DNA of 64,000 bases, taken from NCBI GenBank assembly GCA_976226885.1, contig OZ320318.1, positions 59,024,001 through 59,088,000 of the forward strand, read 5' to 3'. A program made the translations under genes and the position numbers. Source of the DNA: Iphione sp. A-MEVVRFRX5. Its lineage: Eukaryota. The notes beneath the pieces were generated by a model. The model worked only from the letters and a program-made list of their open reading frames with translations. It did not search any database and had not been told where the DNA came from. Numbering within the stretch: the first letter of the stretch is position 1; each line of letters opens with the position of its first letter. Below, one piece after another: positions 54,801 through 64,000 of this stretch.

Positions 54801-57132
54801 CTGAATGAATGTAGTCGTCGTGCTAGACACTTAGTTAAACTTGGCACTCAGCGTGCGATCAACTGGTGACACTGCCAGTTTCTGTTCACCACTTGGTTAT
54901 ATGAGAGGGGCCTACTACACTTCTCACAGGATTAAACAAAACCGCATCAGCACTGCAACAGTTCATTAATTGTGGACCTATCTTAACAGAACAGCCTATG
55001 AGCATTTTTATTAAACTTTTAAAAAAAGTATTTAGCAGGCTCGGAGACCGAAATTCAGGTATCAAGAGGCCATCGTTCAATGACTTGTGCAATGGGTTCG
55101 GCTGCGCAGGTTATGTTGAATTCTCTTTGCCTGTGACTACTCTTTGGTGTTTCCTCTGCTGACAGTGCATGGCGCCTCGTGTTTCCTCGAAGCCCTCTGA
55201 TCTTCTCCGTTTCTTTTATCGGTAGGTTTTGCTAAGTTTAATGAGTGCACGGCTGGCTGACGGGTGGCTGAGGGACGGCTGGACTCAGCTGGCTACTAAT
55301 CCCTTCAGTGGTTACGTGTTGGTTTTCGGCACAGCCGCCGACAAAAGCGCCGCTGAACTGCCGCCGCTCAATAATGGACCATCTTCTCAATCATGTCTTA
55401 TTAGGGATAAGACGACGTCGCTGTCGGGATCAATGCAGGTCCACAACCAACCCGAACTAACTACTTCGTATGTCTTTCTAAATGGGAGGAAATCAGTCGA
55501 AAGACTGTACAGCTTTATGTATTCAGAGGTGGATCAAGGCTCGGATAAAAACAGTCCAGTGTGTCGCGCTTAGGGAAGCTGTAGCACCCCGGCCTTTACG
55601 TCAACATGTGAAAAAACAACTTCATACTGTATTTGTACATTTTTTCCATACAGTCTCCAAGTATTAGAGGTTGGATATATTAGTTAACAAACGGTTCAAT
55701 GGCGACTGCACAACAAACAAAGCCTGTTGTTTAATTTATATTCCGTTTTTGATGAGCAGTACTGCCATCCTGGACGAACATATTCCACAAGGGAAGCACC
55801 GCTAACATCATATATAGTTTGTTTTTTTTTAAAGAAACATCTGGTCTGCCATGTTCAATCAGGCCTGTAGGGCAGAGGTAGAGGTGCGCCAGGCTGGTGG
55901 GATGCTGCTCTGTAGCACCAACCCTCTTATCATTATTGCGGGAGGTAAGGACATCAAGCATTTACAGACCTGCTGGAGGAGGGGGGGGGTAGATGCAGTC
56001 TAGTCGGCGGGCACACACGCAGGACGGCCATTGGTGCGCCGATCATCTACTCCGGCTTCCTCCCGGCGGACGCTGGTTCGAACAAGCTGCGGTCTCCCCC
56101 ACGTCGCACAGCTCATCAGTTAATAACCCACCAATCCGCCACTACACGCGAGGTGCAGCAAAGGCAAGATGAGAATTAGGAGTCAGCGAGCGGTGCACCT
56201 CCGGAACGGTCCCATGTAATAATTAATTTTCATGTGGAAGCCGTTTCTAGCCGCCTTCTCCCGCTTTCTACCCGAGACAAATAAAATCAGCAGCACTTTC
56301 GGTAACCCGTTCAGCCTACATCAAGACCAGACAAAGAAGAAAGGGACTAGCGATACTTTTGATCACCTTCATGATTTATGGCCGACAGACAGGCGGGAGA
56401 ACCAAATCATACCAGCAAGCAAACCCCTACATCAGTGACAGTATGGCGCACATATAGCTCGATATCATATATGAACATACGGTTTATCTTCAAAACATCC
56501 TCACCATACAACTTCGTCAAGGGTAATCACCATTACACTGGAAATCACACTAGTCACTGGATTCTTCCTGCTTAAACACAGACCAGAGCAGTCCACACTT
56601 GGTAGATTGCTGTAAATCCGGAAAAGCCAACCGCTATTCCGGTCAAGTATGAACGCTGATAAAGGAGTGAAGCATCATAACCAATACACGAGCCCTACAC
56701 GTCGAGTTTTAATTGCCTTTGTCATCCAAGACGCCCCCATGTGGGATGTTACGCATACATATTCCCATAATGTACAACTGGTCCTCGGGAATCACCCCCA
56801 TCGTCCTTTGATTAGAATGAGAGACATGTACATGGGTATATCTTATGCGGGCCTCACCACCAGAAGAAAGGTATGACGGACCTTTTCTTTGATTGTGTGA
56901 TCATCGTGGTTGCCATTTTACTGTCGACATGCTGGATGGAGCAGGTGGTTTAACTCTTATTAGCTTCAACAGTCTCTGCATTCCTCCTTTAAAGGGGGCG
57001 GCGTTTTTGCCCTTCTAACGAGACTGCGAGATGTCTTCTTCCTCCAGTCATCACTTGATATGCTCGGATGGTCAGGTTTTACCTTGTTCGCTCCACTCGC
57101 GAAGACGAGACCATCTCTAAAGAAGCACTCAC

Positions 57133-57188
57133 CGACGTCTATTCACGCTGATACGGCAGTAAAAGGCAGTCGCACATGACGGAAATGC
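57133..57188 (-). other. Probable non-coding (5'UTR) exon
   Basis: Acceptor ccaactacccacag| and consensus donor TCG|gtgagt, 56 nt. No frame links it to the phase-1 exon at 35661. Confidence 0.45.
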
Positions 57189-58199
57189 CTGTGGGTAGTT
57201 GGGCGTGGTAGAAATTACATCCTTAGGGACTAATTTGGAAAAACATAAGCAAAACATTGGATACCTCGGAAATCAACTCAGATGAACATCTAAGAAGTTA
57301 CGACGTCCTGAAGGCTCTTTGATTATGTCTTCAATATGAAGTATTTTCTTTATACGACAAACGCTAAAGAAATAACAGAACAGATTAATTCGTGAGTTAA
57401 TTAGACTGACGAAATCAATACCAAACACAGGGCATTTGGGAACTGAACGGAAATAATTGAGTCACTGGGAAAAAAAGAGACATAAAAGTTGAAAAGGAAA
57501 TTAATTTCAGTGTCTCTTCATGACCCAGCACTGTAACTCACTGAGTCCATAATCAATAACTGTCATTCATACAATGACGTGTCAATTCTCAGTATAAATA
57601 CTTAAAAGCGGTTCACATTATAGTAATGGATGTATTACAGTACACGTGATGCATCCCTTAATCCTAAATGTATGTACATGTACTAAATGGCTGACTACAC
57701 TGCTAACCCTATGGTGACATACACTATGACATGTGCTGCTATTTTGATCATACTGTACACATTTCACAGCCCATACCATAGTAACATGCTTTATAACATG
57801 CTGTTTTCTTGATCCTAAATGTACATACTACATACGCCATACCATAGTGACATGTATTAAAACACAGGGGGTGATCCCATCAATCCTAGGCAGAGACTGT
57901 ATACAGCCCACACCACGCTGAAATATATTTTGACATCTTGATCTTCAGTACCCTACTTACACAAGGAGTAGTTGCTCTGCTAAAACACAGGCGGAAATAA
58001 AGGTCGAATGAACTAAAGAATACTACGCACACCATTTTCACTACCAGTAACAAGGTACAGACGTATGATACGTGTACATAAATGTACATACCGGAATGCC
58101 TACGAACCGCGACAATTATCCACACATATCACCACATGGTGACTTATGCGGTTGTGGCATCAACAAGGAGCCTACCTCACCATGACAACAACATGATGT

Positions 58200-59100
58200 G
58201 TACATCCAGTCTGCACTGGCGGGCGTCCACCCAACGATAGCAGGCGACTCCTCTGGATCCGTTTGAGAGACTTGGTCTGGCCGTCCAGACTCCTAGCACT
58301 CACATCGCGTTGCCAGCCGTCGCAGCCGTGCCGTCCCATCGACAGCGCCAGCAGCCGACGAGGGCGACGCCGCCGTGACAGTGAGAGCCCGACACCAGCG
58401 CTCCGCCACGGCCTCTACCGGGGGCTACAATGGCAATCTGTGGCGAGGGGGGCACACGCCCACGCCCATGGGGTTGGGGTCCGCCATGACGGCCTCAGAT
58501 TGTCAGTAGTACAGGAAAACGGTGCTCTCCGAGCGGTTACAGGGCGGGAAGGCTTGATCCAACAAGGCCGCACTAATGTGTCGCGCACGCAAGCCGACGG
58601 GAATCACATCCATCTGGCTGCAAGCACGGCCTGGAGGCAAAGCACCAACTGGTTCTTTTAATCCCCCGCGCTATCAGCAGTACTCTTCTTACGGAAGGAC
58701 CAGACGGGCGGGCAAGTGTTTGCCAACCTTTTTCCTCGCCTGCGCTATGATGAGAGGCAGAGGGGTGAGGGAGCGGCACAAAGGGAAGGGTGAGAGGGAG
58801 GGGGAAAGAGGGAGAGAGAGAGTGGGGGGGGGGAGAAGACTGGGGAGACAAAGTGAAAAAAGATCAGACGGGCAGGCGTACAAACGGACAAAGATAGCTG
58901 GAAAAGGTAGTTCTCTCTTGTCCAGTAAGACGGCCACCGATGCCTAAGGGCCAGCTGCTTCTACAGCGGCACTCCGGTCATCGCTACAGATACAGCTGTA
59001 GGTGCCTGTATCCCTCTGGGCGATTGGTGTCAGTGGTGGCGCGTGGGCAGCAGGAGAATGGTGGTGCCACCAACTATGATGGTTCCACTGGTGATCGTAA
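58200..59100. promoter_or_regulatory. CpG-island-like block; probable internal or bidirectional promoter
   Basis: High GC and CpG density, purine-rich tract at about 58770-58850, and consensus donors facing away on both strands (minus GAT|gtgagt at 58304, plus ATC|gtaagt at 59096). Confidence 0.55.
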
Positions 59101-60841
59101 GTAGGGTATTAAGTCTGCTACCGTGTTGTGCCCTACTCTAGCTTGGCGACTTTAGGCATCTGATCCCAATCAAACACTAACATTACCAAGAAGTGGTCAA
59201 CTTTTCGTAGCGATGACCTCCTTAAAAACGGTGGTAATACAACCATCTTTGAAAAAAGATCTATGTGACCGTCCAAAAGAACAGTAGTATGTTAAGAAAT
59301 CAATGGTCCCGAACACGAGTACTGAAGTTGGTAGGGGAGTATGTACATGTATGTACTTTCATAAGAATCCATGGGCTATATAGGTGCAGTCTTCTAGTTT
59401 CAAACTAAATGTAAGCAGATGGTCAAGTGAAATCATCGAAAAGGAGACTGTTTCAATTATTTCATTTAAGGCAAGGAACGTTTGGTAGGTCTTTGTACAA
59501 ACAGTCTGCGGCACGAGTCAGGGAACGTTAAAGGTACACATCTGTTGTAAAAAGGGGGGGGAACCTTTTGCTCTATAAGGGACTCCATCAGGAAATAATT
59601 GCATGGTACCACGGAAATCTGAACCTGGCAATACTTTACTCGGCTGAAAGGCCGTATGTGTAAACATGCGTTTGGGGGTGGGGGGCAGCATAACTCTATG
59701 GAGTTTCCTGTTTGCTGTCATGGAAACACTCTGTGTGCACTACCTACGCTAGAAAGGGTTAACTCTGCAACTACCACTTCTACTGCTATCACACGCCTGC
59801 TCGGGTCAGTCTTGCGGTCAACTTGATGGCAACAGGGAATACGAGATGGTAACAATAAGGTCTAAAATTCAATAACAGGACTAGTCGTGCCTGAAGCTCA
59901 GCTGGTTTCAAATGCACGCATAATTGTACACACAGCGCGTGTGTTTGTGTGTATACATGTCTGTGTGTGACAAAGTGGCTTCGAGAAGGCGACAGTGACG
60001 CAAACACACCTCTTAGTTAGAACCTGTCTCCGGTAATTAAAAAAAATCCTACCTTTTACTTTAGTAACCTAGTTATTTCCAGATTAGAACCTATTTCCAT
60101 CATTCAACTGCCACAGAGATTCAATTTAAAAAAAGTGTACGTGTATTTCGCTAACTAAATAACGATGAAAATTTTAGTACAAGAGAGTAGATTACATGCG
60201 CCGTTTTTTATGCAGTAAATGTAATTACAAGTCCTTATCAAAATGAAGTTAAAGACCAGAGAAAACTTCATTTCGCAGCACTGCTAAGAAGCCTTGTGAA
60301 GGGACTGAATTATTACAGGATAAGTGATTGAGGCCCCTCCAGACTGAGCGGAATTTATGTATACATAAGTACTACTCTATAAAAGAAATAGTTATTTTTC
60401 TTTTCCATTTGCTCGTATATGCCCATTTAAAAAGCATATCAAGAGGATGACACCATGGACAGAAGTTCTCTGATGCCTTGAAGTAAATACACTGATTACT
60501 TTAAGCCTGTAGCGAGAGGCTGCATTCGTTGCCTCTTCAGTTTAACGGTTGAAATATGTTTCATATTTCAAGTCGGGGTTATTTATTCTGAATACATTTT
60601 GAGTAGCATAATGGTATATCCCTGTGTGTTTCTTCCACAGCTCTGAAGTGAGTGGCAGAGCGAACAGATGTATATATATATGTATACACTATACAGATGT
60701 AATCACACATATGTGTATGTACATATGAATATGTATTGTTACACCTGTTTGTACATATATACCCTGACCATACCTAAATAGGTACGGAAGTCAAAAATAA
60801 TGAAACAGAAACACTAGAACGATAAGGAGCTTATGACTAAC

Positions 60842-61108
60842 CGCTTTGGTCCTGGGACTTTCGCTTTAGTTGTGTGTTTGATGGTACACTCCGACTGCGA
60901 GGCACGGGCATGTTGATCCACACGACTGATCCACGCTGCAGGTGTAGAGATTGCGCTGCATTTAGGACAGTACGCCAGCCCTCACTACTCTCCAGCCGAT
61001 CCAGCCACTTGAAATTTGATTCGTTAGCAGGGAAAGCCTTAGCTTTGCGATGCGACCATCGACAAACCACCTGTGTCGACAGTTGGTCGAGGACATCCAT
61101 TTTTATGG
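60842..61108 (-). CDS. Predicted coding exon (IKMDVLDQLSTQ...KRKSQDQS) of the large minus-strand gene
   Basis: Acceptor cctcatacactcgctcag|, donor AGCG|gttagt, 267 nt, phase 1-1, fully open, with the first stop falling just inside the intron. Also contains aaaATGg, so it could act as a first exon. Confidence 0.5.
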
Positions 61109-62751
61109 CTGAGCGAGTGTATGAGGGTCAAAATAGCCAATATAATAGACTGAACTCGCTCAAATATGCCCGCACTTTCCTCTCCTTTTTCTTTTATCAC
61201 CTCGACATCTTAATATCTATACTTACATGTAAACCAATACATGTATATGTATGCTAAACCTGTACAGAAACCAACATACTGATAAATATTTCTGTAACTT
61301 TGGTTCTAAGTACAAGACATACATATATACATGCAATGTATTAATACAGTCACCTAATTCTTTGATTACACGAGATCGTGTGATATGTATGTTATTAAAC
61401 TAGTTTCCTCATCGCTATAACACTGGCTATTTCCTCCCGCACGATGCTGACGAGATGTCAGCAAAGGGAGGACTGCAAATGTTGGTAAGATCATTCGATC
61501 GATTTTTCTCAGAAGCACGATATAGATATACTGGTTAACACAGTATCTAAGATGCAATTACTCTAGATTTGCGAAACAACGGGGTTAGTTGTAAATGTGC
61601 ATCGATTTTGAAGCTCCTTGCAAAGCTAATAGCCTAGCAATGTGATGTCCAATTTTAGGTAGCCCTATGGGAAGTACCCTACAAGAGGGAAGAAGTAACG
61701 TAATTTGTTAAATTCTTAGATAAAGAACAGACGATCACAGAAGTATACCCGCAAGGGGATGTCAATAATTTTTAAATAGTGCTTTTCACTTCAACATATT
61801 TGAAAGCAGATGAACCGCTGAACGTCCACCTGTACTAGGGCTCCCTTGTTCTCATTTCTGTCACCAGGACATGGACGGCAGAGACGCCTGGCGTTAAATC
61901 GGCGAACTACGTCGATTTCGAGCAGCGGGGTTCCCTTTATCGATCGTCCTATCACGAAATGGAATTGTCGGCTGCTTCCTAGAGCCAAATATAGTTACCA
62001 ATAGCCTCTCGAGAATCATTTTGGCACTGCCAGGAATGGTAACCTGGTTATCCGTATGGTTCTTTTGTATGAGGACAGGGCATTTGTTCCACACGAATTC
62101 CTGCACGTTCCTCTGCATATCCACAGTATTCCCTTGAAAATAAGATGCCCGTGGGTGCAGGTGCTCTACCTTATTCATTATTTGCTCATGCTCCCTCTAC
62201 CTCTACCTTAAGTTCTAGAAGATCGAAGCAGTACAAATGTATTCACCTAGATTTTAAAAAATTCTTTTTGGATATAAGGTGTTCCAAAGAATGATTTCTG
62301 AGTAAGCATGATATCACGAGGGGGAGTTTCTCACTTGAAGAGCTGGGTTCTGATGCTCAACCATGACATTTCATTTATGTAAAGAACTGCGATCTGGGTT
62401 CCATGCATCTTGCCATTCAAAGGCGTGTTCAAACACTCGGGGTTTATACAAACATGGTTGGTCGCAGCATCTATTGTTTACGGAGTTTACGGAACTGCTC
62501 GAGGCGAACAACAAGAAAATGAGAAACAACGTATAAATCTGTTCCCTTACTTTCCATGAGAGTTTTTTCTAGAAATGAGCAACTGCATGTACTGCTGAAT
62601 CCCCAAAGACTTTGATGCGTGTGTCCATTAATCTTGTAGCGACTGCCTTTACGTGCGTCAACACAAAGCAGCATATGTAGGACAATGCATTGTCTTTCTT
62701 AATCCAAGTAAGATATAGCTGTTCATTGGAGATGAATCGGCTATTTATTTA

Positions 62752-62753
62752 CC

Positions 62754-62826
<73 letters not shown>
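62752..62826. repeat. Compound (CTGT)n-(CT)n microsatellite
   Basis: Direct reading of the sequence. Confidence 0.95.
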
Positions 62827-62831
<5 letters not shown>

Positions 62832-63678
62832 CCCCATCCTCCCTTCTTGGTTATCTGTATGCCTGGTGTGACCTCTGTTACATTATAAACAAAACATAAA
62901 CTTTATGTCAGTCCACTGGGTTGAGAATCCATTATTTATGGAAATGTGAACACTTAGCACGATTCTCTATTATGTGCGGTCGAAGAACCAAAGGCATATT
63001 CATAATTATAGTAGGACTACCACATGTTTTCCAGCAATATAAGGCACATTCACACACTACGAAACCCAAGCAGTGTGAAGCAACGGCCTTGAGTTTCAGA
63101 GAAGACAGATTTCAAAAACGGGTTTCAAACTGTATTAGAACAATTGTAGCATGTAGATCCGGTATGTTTCATAAGGAAACCTTCAGCTGCCATTTTAGAG
63201 CCAAAACTATTCTACATTTCTTGAAAACTGCACATATTCGATCAGGAAGGTGCTTGTGCGCGAAGGATGACCTAAGCAGGTCGCACTTGAGGGTGATGTT
63301 GCTATACATTTATACAGCAGCTTAAGTTCCATTCCCAAAAATAAGTGAGACAATGGCTTCTTTTCCAACCTATGTCTGTGTTGCGACAGCCGTCACTTTG
63401 GCGGACTCGAAGGTAGGGATTTAGTATACACGTGCCCTTTATGAAGATCGATGGGCCTGTCACGATGGAAGTGTACCATGCTGTGTAGAGAGGTGCTGGC
63501 ACGACACGGACATGGTGGACATCGTTAGTTCAGCGTCGTTACGTGGACGAGCACTGGTGCTGTTATAGCTGGTTGATGGCCTAGACACGATCCCGTCTGT
63601 TTGCACTGGCCCACTGACAGAGTGACCCAAGCGGTTATACCTTTATTCTCATGGTGCTAACATTGGCTGCCTACCCAC

Positions 63679-63771
63679 CTGGTGAGTTCACAATGGTCGT
63701 CATCATGCACTCAGTTAATCCGCTAAATGTTTTACGGTAGGCGTGTTTGACATTTGTGCGCCGTTTTCCAC
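63679..63771 (-). CDS. Possible coding exon (GKRRTNVKHAYRKTFSGLTECMMTTIVNSP)
   Basis: Weak acceptor taaacag|, donor CAG|gtgggt, 93 nt, phase 1-1, joins in frame to 61108. A plus-strand donor (CTG|gtgagt) overlaps it, so the strand is uncertain. Confidence 0.35.
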
Positions 63772-64000
63772 CTGTTTACATTTAAGCGTATGGCTGTGTT
63801 CAGAGAGACGCGTGGAGTTATAAACCTTCTTTTCCCCTATTTTTGATAACCCCATTTAGCCAACCCGGACCAAGGCCTAAGCCACCAATGTCCACCCACA
63901 GGCCTACATCAGGTCACACCTTTTCAATTCCAGAGTGTTTGAGTGTCGGCCCCATACACACCCCATTATTAAATATTAAATATTTATTAGAAACCCTCTA

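Noticed and set aside
56070-56125. Hammerhead-like CTGATGA followed by a 6-bp stem on the minus strand
   Set aside because: The stem is not followed by the required GAAA, and no stem I/III with a cleavage triplet is evident.
61894-62178. 94-aa minus ORF (MNKVEHLHP...)
   Set aside because: No good phase-1 donor before its stop; it overlaps the better-supported plus-strand acceptor at 61868. Left unresolved rather than called.

Overview
Animal (eukaryotic) genomic DNA, not prokaryotic: sparse GC-rich exons with GT-AG splice sites lie in long AT-rich introns, with microsatellites, three assembly gaps and decayed transposons. The abundance of TACATGTA and the repeat types suggest a marine invertebrate such as amphioxus (inference only). 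Most of the window is the 5' part of one large minus-strand gene. Six predicted exons (63679-63771, 60842-61108, 35563-35661, 31495-31979, 30016-30117, 9536-9754) join into one uninterrupted frame with consistent intron phases (1,1,1,0,0,0). The 31.5-32 kb exon carries a W-x-S-L-K...LD-x-R-x3-S-x-P-D segment resembling the MCTP1/MCTP2 N-terminus, so this is probably an MCTP-family gene. No C2 or transmembrane exons were found, so they would lie left of the window and the identity is not proven. The phase-0 introns contain several candidate alternative first exons and very short cassette exons. Two exon-like units keep frame but contain in-frame stops. Introns also hold a decayed non-LTR (CR1/L2-like) reverse transcriptase, a DIRS-type tyrosine recombinase remnant, a 750-bp TA-flanked MITE with internal tandem arrays and a possible Ty3/Gypsy integrase relic. 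There are hints of antisense transcription units, one possibly with a 7-nt microexon. All exon calls are manual predictions without RNA or homology-search support.
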